DNA of 32,000 nt. Origin: Schaalia meyeri (GTDB lineage Bacteria; Actinomycetota; Actinomycetes; Actinomycetales; Actinomycetaceae). The stretch is from NCBI RefSeq assembly GCF_900105015.1, contig NZ_FNLK01000012.1, positions 240,001 through 272,000 of the forward strand, given 5' to 3'. Shown in pieces: positions 8,909 through 16,546 of the stretch; position 1 is the stretch's first letter, and each line of letters begins with the position of its first letter. The notes below the pieces were generated by a model. It saw only the letters and a list, made by a program, of their open reading frames with translations, made no database searches and had not been told where the DNA came from. Made by a program: the position numbers and the translations under genes.

Positions 8909-9465
8909 GCGTCCACCGCCTGCGAGGCGAGGAACAGGATGTCGGTGGCGCGGGCGCCGCCCGGTATCGGTGACGCGGCAAGTCCTCTGCCGTGGGGTGG
9001 GCCATCCGGGGGGGTGGGAATCGCGTCGCGCCCGGCAGGGTCCCCTCCCTCATCGTCGCCGACGAAGCTGGGCGTCTCGCAGGCCTCGAGCACATTTGCC
9101 AGTTGGGGCCACGTGGGCACCAATGCGCGGATTTCAGAGACCGTGGCGACCTCAAGGTCACGACCCGAGCGTTCGGTGCCGAGGGCGCGCATGAGGCCCG
9201 CGACCGCCAGGTGCGTGCCGCGCTCGTCGAGTTCTCCGCTGGCGCGCCGCTGGGCAATCTGATCGACGAACTCGTGGTAGCGTGCGCGACGGGCCGCGGA
9301 GATTGTCTGCAGGTTAGCGACGCTGCCCTCACGCGAGTGCCACCAGGCCCACAGGCTATAGGCCACCCAGCCGACCACCAGGAGCAGGAGCGCCGCACCG
9401 GCGACCCACATCCAGTGCGGGTAGATGATTGGGTCTTGGAGGCTGTCAATGAGGTTGCCGGACAT
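8905..9465 (-). CDS. small single-pass membrane protein (DUF4381-like position in Bat-type operons)
   Basis: 186-aa ORF with an N-terminal TM helix (HWMWVAGAALLLLVVGWVAYSLWAWW) followed by a helical soluble part. It is translationally coupled to the following VWA gene. Confidence 0.7.
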   Translation of the reverse strand: MSGNLIDSLQDPIIYPHWMWVAGAALLLLVVGWVAYSLWAWWHSREGSVANLQTISAARRARYHEFVDQIAQRRASGELDERGTHLAVAGLMRALGTERSGRDLEVATVSEIRALVPTWPQLANVLEACETPSFVGDDEGGDPAGRDAIPTPPDGPPHGRGLAASPIPGGARATDILFLASQAVDA

Positions 9466-9704
9466 CGCCGTACCTTTCGCCCGGGCGGGTGAGCGGGGCG
9501 GTGTTGGCGTGAACGGCGCGGTGTGCTGCCATCGCTCGTGGTGCCATTCCGACTCTCTTCCCAGTGTTCATCGGAGCGTCGGACCGACCACCCATTCCCG
9601 TGTCAGAGCCGACGCCGCGTTCACCTGATTGTGCCACGACGGGAGCGATAGTGCTAATGCCCGGTGCGGCGCCTGGCCGCAGGTGTCACCCCGGGAGACC
9701 GCGT

Positions 9705-10691
9705 TTATTCGACAGGCGTTTGAGCAATTTGTTCGATGTTTGCGCGCTTCTTCGGGCGCGCAGGATACCCGGAGCGCCACACGTAGAGCCCAATCAGTGA
9801 GACTCCCCCCAACAGGCCGACGGCCCACCAGGGGAACCCGGGGATATCGGGAACATCGCCTGCCGCGTCGAGGTCCTTCTGGGGGGTGGGATAGACGCGC
9901 TCGCCGGTGATCAGGATGCGGTGCGTGTTGATGCCCAGGGGCGTGCACGTCACCAGCGTAGCCAGATCCCGCCCCGGGTCGGCGCGCAGCGCCTCGGTTT
10001 CCTCGGGTTCGACGACCTTTTTATCAAAGACCCTGTAGGTGAGGACCTCGCCGAACACCTCGAAGGTGAAGGTGTCGCCCACCGAAACCTTGTCGAGGTC
10101 CGTAAACATGCGCGCTTCGGCCAGCCCGCTGTGCCCGGTGACGACCGCGCGTTGCCCCTGCCCGCCGACGGGCAACGAGGTGCCCTCCAGGTGCCCGAGC
10201 CCCCTGAGGAGGGTGTCGTCGGCGGTGCCGTGGTAGATGGGCAGGTCGATGTCGGCGGTGGGGACCTTCAGCCTGCCCATGAGTCCCGTATCGTCGGCTC
10301 TCAGGATGGAGTTATAGTCCAGGCTTTCGTCACCGGAGGTGCCGTCGCCGGTGGGCACGTTCGTGTTCGCCTTCAGTACCGCCCCGTAGTTCAACGCGTC
10401 GTTGTACCTGTGGGCGAGCGCCAGCTGTTCATCGGCCGACGGGTCGGCGCGGCCGACCGAGTCCTTGTACTGGGCGATGACCTGCGACTGGTTGTATTGG
10501 ACAATCCAGGCGGAGATCGACGGGTACAGGCAGAGCAGCATGGCCGCCAGCGCCAGCAGGGACGGGATCAGCGAGGGTGCCGAGAATGTCCACCGTCGCT
10601 GCTCCTGGGCAGGCGGGCGCGATCTGGCGGGCGTTATCTGTGCACCTGGCGCGTCGGGCGCGGTGCTTCCGGTTTCGTGCGTGTGGGTCAT
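9705..10691 (-). CDS. srtC: class C (pilus-polymerising) sortase
   Basis: N-terminal TM helix, His motif VVTGHSG, TLVTC catalytic cysteine motif, Arg motif ILITGER, and the extra C-terminal TM helix (WWAVGLLGGVSLIGLYVW) typical of class C sortases. Confidence 0.9.
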   Translation of the reverse strand: MTHTHETGSTAPDAPGAQITPARSRPPAQEQRRWTFSAPSLIPSLLALAAMLLCLYPSISAWIVQYNQSQVIAQYKDSVGRADPSADEQLALAHRYNDALNYGAVLKANTNVPTGDGTSGDESLDYNSILRADDTGLMGRLKVPTADIDLPIYHGTADDTLLRGLGHLEGTSLPVGGQGQRAVVTGHSGLAEARMFTDLDKVSVGDTFTFEVFGEVLTYRVFDKKVVEPEETEALRADPGRDLATLVTCTPLGINTHRILITGERVYPTPQKDLDAAGDVPDIPGFPWWAVGLLGGVSLIGLYVWRSGYPARPKKRANIEQIAQTPVE

Positions 10692-10703
10692 AGTGCGGGC
10701 GCG

Positions 10704-10731
10704 CTGGGGGACCCGGGTCGGGGTCCCCCAG
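10704..10731 (-). promoter_or_regulatory. 9-bp GC hairpin in the 45-nt adhesin-sortase intergenic gap
   Basis: CTGGGGGAC (10704-10712) pairs with GTCCCCCAG (10723-10731), read directly. Confidence 0.5.
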
Positions 10732-10736
10732 TCGCG

Positions 10737-13598
10737 TCATGCCTTTCGGTTCTTGCGGCGCTTGATGGCCGCGCCTACGCCAGCGGCACCCAGGCCGGCG
10801 ACGATACCGCCGATGATGTATGCATCAGCACCGAATCCGCCGGTGAGCGGGAGGCTTGGAACATTCTGCTTCTCATTCGTGATCGGCTCGAAAGCAAAGT
10901 CCAGTGCCTTTGCATCGATTGTGAATTCATGCGGGGTCGGATCCAGGCGGTACCCGGCGGGAGCCTTCTTCTCTTTGAGAGTGTAGGTCTTCTCGCTCCA
11001 CGGCAGCCCCTTCACGGTGAAGGAACCGGCGGCGGGGTCCGTGTCGTAGTAGGTGCCGTCCGGGGCCTTCGGACACTGGGCGGCCGAGTCAGCCTGGCAG
11101 TCCGCGATGGTCACCGCGCCCGGCAGCGCGCCGCCGCTGATCGTCCATTCCGAGCCTGCGAGAGGCGAGGTGCCGTCGGAGGCATCCACCTTCTTCCAGG
11201 TCACCGACCCGGTGAGCCTCGTATTGATGATGGCACCGTTGTCAGTAACCTTGCCATCAATTGCCGCGAGTCTAGCCTCAAGGGCAGAACCGTTGAGCTG
11301 TGGGAAGGTAAAGGTGTCGGTCAACACCGCATACCCGTCGGGGACGGCGGACTCCTTGATAGAGTAGGTCCCCCACTTGAGACCCGTGAGTTTGAACTTA
11401 CCCGGCGCCGGATCCTGATCCTTATAGGCGCCCGTCGGGCAGATACCCGAGGAGCAGTCAGTCACGGTCGTGCCCGTCGGAACGTCGGGACCCGTCAGGG
11501 TCCAAGTGGTGCCTGCCAGAAGAGTGGTCCCGTCGGATTCAACCTTATCCCAGGTGAGGGTGCCCGGTTTCGTCGTGTTAACAATTGTGCACGTCACACG
11601 ATCAGCGTTCTTGATGGTAACCCGCGAGCCTGACAGAGTTGACGAGTAGGAGGTTCCCTGAGCGTTGACGGTTCCGGCGGTCTGGCCACAGGTCCATTCG
11701 CCAGCCGCGTACCCACCCGCCTGAGCATTCACCGATTCCTCGGACAGCGCGTACGTGCCCTTGAGCACTCGCTGGATGTTCGTGTCGCCTGCACCCGTGA
11801 TGGTCTTGAAGGGAGCATTCACCGAGGAATTCTTACCTGTGAGGGTCCATTCCGATGCGGCGAGCGCGGGGACCTCCGTCGAGGCGTAAAGCCCGTCAAC
11901 ATTCTTGACAATCTGAAGGGTGGGAATGCGGACTGAAATCTTGTAGTCCTCGACCTCACCGGTCGTCGTGTTACCGGTAGCCTTCTGATTGTCACCATTA
12001 GAGTCGTTGGTGATACGCAGACGCATGAAGGTATCACCGACACTTCCCGCCTCTCCGGTCACCGAACGGACAACGTCGTCGGGAACCGTCCAGCTGAGCT
12101 TCACGCTGGACCCCAGGCAGGGTACCTCATCGGACTTCTCACCCAAGTCGAAGGAGCCGTTGTGGTTCCAGTCGATCCATCCGGCAACCTTCCCCGGTCC
12201 CTTACAGGCAACCGTCTGTTGATGGGTCGCTCCCGCCTGAGTAGTGATTCCCTCGGCAATGGTCTGCACGCTGAGACCATCCTCGTCTGCGGTTCCGTTC
12301 TGATCATCACCAAGGGCGTCGTCCGAGTGCTGCTGGTACCCCTCGGCGTCGATCTCGGTGCCAAGAATCGTTTGGGCAGAATGCATCGTCGCCTTGCCGA
12401 CACTAAAGGCATCAACGGTGTGCGTCACCTGACCGCCGCTCCACGTGGGCTGGAAGAGCGCGGATGCTTTGCCATAGGACTCTGGGGCGTCGCCAAAGTC
12501 GGTGGCGATGACCAGGCCCAGTGCGACCGCCGAGTAGCCTCCACCCTGAATGGTGATCGTCGCCTTGGTCGCACCTTCCATGAACATAACGGCATCCGGA
12601 CCACCCAGGCCGTTAGGGCGACTGTACTTTCCACCATTCTGGTAGACACACTCCTTTCCGGTAGGCATCAGCCGGACCGTCGAGGAGTCAACGAATTTTG
12701 CTTCACTAGTCACGCCATTGCAATTAGCAGAACGCAGGGTATCGAGGACGCGCCACTTGACATTCTGCTGCGAGGTGCTTGCCTGCACCCACTCATTCTG
12801 GAAGTCATAGTCGTCACCTGGCTTCCGATTGCTAGAGGCCTCGGCGTCCGCGAAGACGAGGCCGGAAAGGGGGACAGCGAGGGTCGTACCGTCATCGCCG
12901 CGAAGCTCTGCGGAGCAGTTGAGGTCAACGCTCACTCGGGCGTTCACACCCGTCGGACGGTTCCCCGGCTGCCATGGAGCGTTCGGATTCTCGTAGGAAT
13001 TGCTCCCGATGTTCGCGTAGCCATTGGCCAGGCCGACGACCATCTTGTTCTTGTTGACGTAGTCCTTGGGGTACGTAAGCCCTTCGTGCCACTCGGCGGA
13101 ACCGTCGCTCCATGAGCCGGGGCCGCCGACGTTGTAGAGGTTGTCCAGGGCGTCGCCTGCCCAAGTTCCTGGAATGGTCGCGACTAGGGGGCCATTGGAT
13201 TGTTCATCCGTGCTTCCAGTGCCGTGCCCCAAGTGTTGAAGATTCGACAGGGTGCAGGTCGTCACCAGAACGCCAGCGTCGCCCATGTCCCGCGAATTCG
13301 TGAACGCTTTCACCTCGCCCTTATCGAGAATCGGCGCGTAGGGCTGCGTCTGGTTTGCGAAGTACTTGTCATAGTCCGCCCATTGGAGCCACTGGATGGA
13401 TTCTTTGAAGCGCCCCGAGCCTCCCGTGGCGAAGGTCGCGGGCAGGGAACCACTGGGGACCCTCTCGGCAGCCGCCTGGGTCTGCTCCACCACGTGGGGC
13501 AGGATCGGCGCGGTGCCGATGGCCGCGCAGACCGCGAACGCGACCGCGAAGCGTGCGAGCCGCCTGCTGCGGGACTGTAGACGGGCGTGTTGGGTCAC
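10737..13598 (-). CDS. LPLTG-anchored pilus-associated adhesin (putative tip/minor pilin) with GEVED-type and SpaA-type domains
   Basis: GTG start follows GGAG. Domain order is as follows:
- signal peptide;
- about 320-aa N-terminal domain that I do not recognise;
- DFGDAPESYG ... WIDWNHNGSFD ... TGEVEDYKI (GEVED-type domain);
- three prealbumin/SpaA-like domains, two of them with Cys-x-Cys loops (TDCSSGICP, ADCQADSAAQCP) and ...APAGY/VPDGY strands;
- C-terminal LPLTG, hydrophobic helix and KRRKNRKA. Confidence 0.9.
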   Translation of the reverse strand: MTQHARLQSRSRRLARFAVAFAVCAAIGTAPILPHVVEQTQAAAERVPSGSLPATFATGGSGRFKESIQWLQWADYDKYFANQTQPYAPILDKGEVKAFTNSRDMGDAGVLVTTCTLSNLQHLGHGTGSTDEQSNGPLVATIPGTWAGDALDNLYNVGGPGSWSDGSAEWHEGLTYPKDYVNKNKMVVGLANGYANIGSNSYENPNAPWQPGNRPTGVNARVSVDLNCSAELRGDDGTTLAVPLSGLVFADAEASSNRKPGDDYDFQNEWVQASTSQQNVKWRVLDTLRSANCNGVTSEAKFVDSSTVRLMPTGKECVYQNGGKYSRPNGLGGPDAVMFMEGATKATITIQGGGYSAVALGLVIATDFGDAPESYGKASALFQPTWSGGQVTHTVDAFSVGKATMHSAQTILGTEIDAEGYQQHSDDALGDDQNGTADEDGLSVQTIAEGITTQAGATHQQTVACKGPGKVAGWIDWNHNGSFDLGEKSDEVPCLGSSVKLSWTVPDDVVRSVTGEAGSVGDTFMRLRITNDSNGDNQKATGNTTTGEVEDYKISVRIPTLQIVKNVDGLYASTEVPALAASEWTLTGKNSSVNAPFKTITGAGDTNIQRVLKGTYALSEESVNAQAGGYAAGEWTCGQTAGTVNAQGTSYSSTLSGSRVTIKNADRVTCTIVNTTKPGTLTWDKVESDGTTLLAGTTWTLTGPDVPTGTTVTDCSSGICPTGAYKDQDPAPGKFKLTGLKWGTYSIKESAVPDGYAVLTDTFTFPQLNGSALEARLAAIDGKVTDNGAIINTRLTGSVTWKKVDASDGTSPLAGSEWTISGGALPGAVTIADCQADSAAQCPKAPDGTYYDTDPAAGSFTVKGLPWSEKTYTLKEKKAPAGYRLDPTPHEFTIDAKALDFAFEPITNEKQNVPSLPLTGGFGADAYIIGGIVAGLGAAGVGAAIKRRKNRKA

Positions 13599-13664
13599 TT
13601 CAACTCCAATGACTAGGTTTTTAAAAAATCGTTCTCAAGCAAGTATTGTCTGGGATGTACTGCG

Positions 13665-13708
13665 GGGTCGGCACGGCTGGAGAACCGGTCTCCCGGCCGT
13701 GCCGACCC
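13665..13708 (-). promoter_or_regulatory. long GC stem-loop between the major pilin and adhesin genes (candidate partial terminator/attenuator)
   Basis: GGGTCGGCACGGC (13665-13677) pairs perfectly with GCCGTGCCGACCC (13696-13708). There is also an inner 5-bp stem GGAGA/TCTCC. The structure lies 47 nt after the pilin stop. Confidence 0.6.
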
Positions 13709-13754
13709 GCACGGGGCCTCGGTGCCAGGGCGACACCCTGACAGCCCCGAATTG

Positions 13755-15413
13755 TCAGGCTTCCCTGCTGCGCTTACGCGAGCGGATAACCAGGGTGGAA
13801 CCAACGGCGATGAGTCCCAGGGAGACGCCGCCGATGGTCATCAGCAGCTGGCCGTTGGCACCCGTGAGGGGCAGCTGAGGCACGGGCTGCTTGGTGTTGC
13901 TGATCTCGGCGTTGTACGAACCCACGTTCTGGGTACCCTTGGCAACCTCGATGCCGGTCGTGGCGTTCTTGGGCAGGACGTAGCCCGCGGGGGCCTCGAT
14001 CTCCTCGACCACGTAGCAGCGCTTGAGCGCACCCTTCGAGGCAGGGCCGACCGAGCCGACGGAGTCGCCGACGTAGAGGCCGTCGATCTTCACCAGGCCG
14101 TTCTCGTCAGAGACGAACTCGGTCTTGTCGTTGACCTTGATCGGGTCGCCAGTCTTGGTCGCAGCCTTGCAGTCGGCCGCGTAGGGGTCGGTGGCGTTGT
14201 AGACGTTGAACTTCGCGCCCTTGATGCCGGTCTTGGCATTGCCGGAATTGCCGTCGAACTTCAGCAGCTGAACGCTGCCCCAATCCGTGGAGACCTCGGG
14301 GGAGGTCGGCGGGTTTTCGGGCTCGAACGGAGGCAGCGAGGGCGGGTCGTTGGGGGGAACGGCGCCGTAGGTCGTGTCCTGGATCAGGTCGGCCGTGTTC
14401 TTGATGGTACCGTCACCAACGGCGCTGACCTTGCCGCTGAAGATCGCCTCAAGCTTCTTGCCGGCATTATCCTGCAGCTTCTGCAGACCGGCGCGCTTGA
14501 AGGAGACGACAACCAGGCCGTTCGTATTGGACTGCTCGTAGTCGGTGCCCTCGGTCAGGGTCTCGTCGCCCAGGGTGATCTTGTCGACCTTGCCGTCGGT
14601 GAGGCGCGGATCCAGCTGGTCACGCAGGTAGAAGTACTTGAACTGCAGGTCGGCGTCAAGATACGGAACGGCCACAGGGACAGGGCCGTCGTCACCAAGG
14701 TTCGGGATGGTCGTGGAGACGGGGAAGGTCACGCGAGAACCCAGGCCGAAGCCGTTCGCACTCTGATCGGAGATGGTCTTGTCGATCTCGATCTTCTGGT
14801 TCTTCGGGTAGGCGTGCACGTCGTAGAGCCACTTGCCGTCGCCATCATTGGTGGTGTTCGGGAACGGGATCGTCACGACGAAGGGCTTGGCCTTCTCGAC
14901 GATGTTGGCAGGAGCCTTGGTCTCACAGACCAGGTACGCGGCGACCGAGAGCTGCTCCAGCTTGGTCACGCCACCACCGGCGGTGGTACCCTCGGCTGCT
15001 GCGTTCGTCTCGACGGCGGGCGCACCGGCTCCGAGCGTCGGGGCAGCAGGATCCGCACAGGCGCTGGCGGGAACATTGTCGACAAGCTCTGCCAGCTTGT
15101 CCCAGTCGGCGGGCTTGGACAGGTCCAGGCCGGAGACCTTGTACGCCTTGAAGGTCACGCCATCAACGCCGTCACCGCCAGCATCGGCAGAACCGTCTAC
15201 CTTGCCCATCTGACCCGAATCGTTCTTCAGGTGCTTGTGGATGGTGATCGAGCCCTTGGCGTTTTGATCGATGGTGCCGTAGGAGGGATCCTTGGCAAAA
15301 GCAGCCGCGCTGGTGGCAACAACTCCCGCAACTCCGATACTCAGGGCACCCGCGGCGGCGAGCATTCGCCGCCCCAGGGGCGAGTGTTTGCTGTTCACTC
15401 GTCTTCCTCTCAT
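13755..15413 (-). CDS. LPXTG major (shaft) pilin, SpaH/FimA/FimP-type
   Basis: Signal peptide, pilin motif WLYDVHAYPKN (14799-14831), E-box YVVEEIEAPAGY, two Cys pairs (C119/C163 and C415/C466), and the sorting signal LPLTG followed by a TM helix and RSRKRSREA. The start could instead be the GTG 15 nt downstream, which is preceded by GAGGAAG. Confidence 0.92.
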   Translation of the reverse strand: MRGRRVNSKHSPLGRRMLAAAGALSIGVAGVVATSAAAFAKDPSYGTIDQNAKGSITIHKHLKNDSGQMGKVDGSADAGGDGVDGVTFKAYKVSGLDLSKPADWDKLAELVDNVPASACADPAAPTLGAGAPAVETNAAAEGTTAGGGVTKLEQLSVAAYLVCETKAPANIVEKAKPFVVTIPFPNTTNDGDGKWLYDVHAYPKNQKIEIDKTISDQSANGFGLGSRVTFPVSTTIPNLGDDGPVPVAVPYLDADLQFKYFYLRDQLDPRLTDGKVDKITLGDETLTEGTDYEQSNTNGLVVVSFKRAGLQKLQDNAGKKLEAIFSGKVSAVGDGTIKNTADLIQDTTYGAVPPNDPPSLPPFEPENPPTSPEVSTDWGSVQLLKFDGNSGNAKTGIKGAKFNVYNATDPYAADCKAATKTGDPIKVNDKTEFVSDENGLVKIDGLYVGDSVGSVGPASKGALKRCYVVEEIEAPAGYVLPKNATTGIEVAKGTQNVGSYNAEISNTKQPVPQLPLTGANGQLLMTIGGVSLGLIAVGSTLVIRSRKRSREA

Positions 15414-15613
15414 AACTTCCGCACTGTGTGTGACGGGGTGGATGGTTCAGCAATAAGCATAGGAGCGACTTCGGCCAGATGCTACATTTACCGGAAAAAT
15501 ATGAAATACCTTTCACGTTTTGACGTAAAATACCGAAAATCCTATGAGCCAGCTCTCATTTCATTACCGTTCGGTAGAGAAATTTGCGGGATTGTCACAC
15601 ACCAAACGCGTCT
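15414..15613 (-). promoter_or_regulatory. AT-rich upstream/promoter region of the pilus locus
   Basis: 200-nt non-coding gap. The core at 15484-15590 is far more AT-rich than the flanks. It contains four A-tract repeats (GAAAAATA, GAAATAC, TAAAATAC, GAAAATC at about 15494, 15503, 15526 and 15535) and the motif ACGTTTTGACGT. Confidence 0.6.
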
Positions 15614-16507
15614 CTACGCGCGGTTTCCCGACCGCTCCAACGCGCGCATGAGAGCGCGAGGAACCTCATCCGAGGAAGCAACGCTCACCTGGATGACGCC
15701 GCGCGTGTCAAGCATCTGCGAGACCGCCATGCGACGCTGCTCCACGACACCCCGGGCCTCCTTGGCCAGCTGCTCATCCCTGCGCAAGAAATCAGGCAGC
15801 GGCCCCTCGTTGACGTCAATAACCGTCATGTCTGGATCAACATCCGCCGGGTTCATATCGGCCACCGATATCTGCACGACCTGATGGCGCACGGTCAGCG
15901 ACTTGATGATGTCGTCCGCCTCCTTCGTCGGAAACGGCTGAGTCTGATCGCTGACGATCACGACAAGCGAGCGCCTCCTGGTCGTCGTGAGCGCCCGACG
16001 CAAAAGGCGCAGCACGTCCGAACGCGGAGAGGCCAGGGTAATATCCTCCGCGATGCGACGCATGATCGTCTCCGCGTGGCCATTGCCCGTCCGGGCCGGC
16101 ATGAAGCGCACCCTGCGCGAATCCCCGGCGACCAGGCCGATCTGGTCCCCCCTGGCCACCGACAACCACGCGATCGCCTCGCACGCCGCCAGCGCCACCT
16201 CCTCCTTCGACTCCCCCGACGGGGCCAGAGCGCCCATCTCGCGCCCCGTATCGACTACCAGGATCACCTGAACGTTCGCCGTCGCCTCGTGACGCTTGAT
16301 CGTGGGAGTCCCCGTCCGGGCGGTGGCCGCCCAGTCGATCTCGCGCACGTCATCGCCCGGCTGATAGGGGGCCAAGTCCATGAACTCCCAGCCCCGCCCC
16401 CACCTCAGCGCCGAATGTTGCCCGTCCATGACGGACAGGAGCTTGCGCATAACGGGAAGCTGGATGCGCGTCGACAACGCGTGGATCTCACGCGACCTCA
16501 CAGGCAC
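15614..16507 (-). CDS. DUF58 domain protein (MoxR-operon partner, degenerate VWA-like)
   Basis: GTG start follows AAGGAGG. The signature ...FMDLAPYQPGDDVREIDWAATARTGTPTIKRHEA...VILVVDTG... is typical of DUF58. Confidence 0.9.
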   Translation of the reverse strand: MPVRSREIHALSTRIQLPVMRKLLSVMDGQHSALRWGRGWEFMDLAPYQPGDDVREIDWAATARTGTPTIKRHEATANVQVILVVDTGREMGALAPSGESKEEVALAACEAIAWLSVARGDQIGLVAGDSRRVRFMPARTGNGHAETIMRRIAEDITLASPRSDVLRLLRRALTTTRRRSLVVIVSDQTQPFPTKEADDIIKSLTVRHQVVQISVADMNPADVDPDMTVIDVNEGPLPDFLRRDEQLAKEARGVVEQRRMAVSQMLDTRGVIQVSVASSDEVPRALMRALERSGNRA

Positions 16508-16546
16508 GATAGGCCTCCTTAAACTGGCCGGGAAAAGCGGCAGCCG

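Noticed and set aside
9921-11633. 570-aa ORF on the + strand
   Set aside because: It is antisense to the sortase and the 3' part of the adhesin, both of which have diagnostic motifs on the minus strand.
13062-13073. YPKD in the adhesin (LTYPKDYV), resembling the YPKN pilin motif
   Set aside because: It lacks the surrounding WxxxVxVYPKN context and lies in the N-terminal head domain rather than at a domain-1 stalk position. It is probably coincidental, so the protein is treated as a tip/minor subunit.
13618-13628. TTTTTAAAAAA tract as the U-tract of the 13665-13708 hairpin (a canonical intrinsic terminator)
   Set aside because: It lies about 36 nt from the stem base on the transcript, too far for a classical terminator. 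It is kept only as context for the attenuator hypothesis.
9640-15600. Possible target-site duplication flanking the pilus block (GATTGTGCCAC near 9627-9637 versus GATTGTCACAC near 15591-15601)
   Set aside because: Only about 9 of 11 positions match, with an indel. There is no associated recombinase and no inverted repeats, so the match is indistinguishable from chance by eye.
13722-15884. 720-aa ORF on the + strand
   Set aside because: It is antisense to the shaft pilin gene and runs across the AT-rich gap into the DUF58 gene. It has no motifs and a Gly/Val/Arg/Leu-biased composition.
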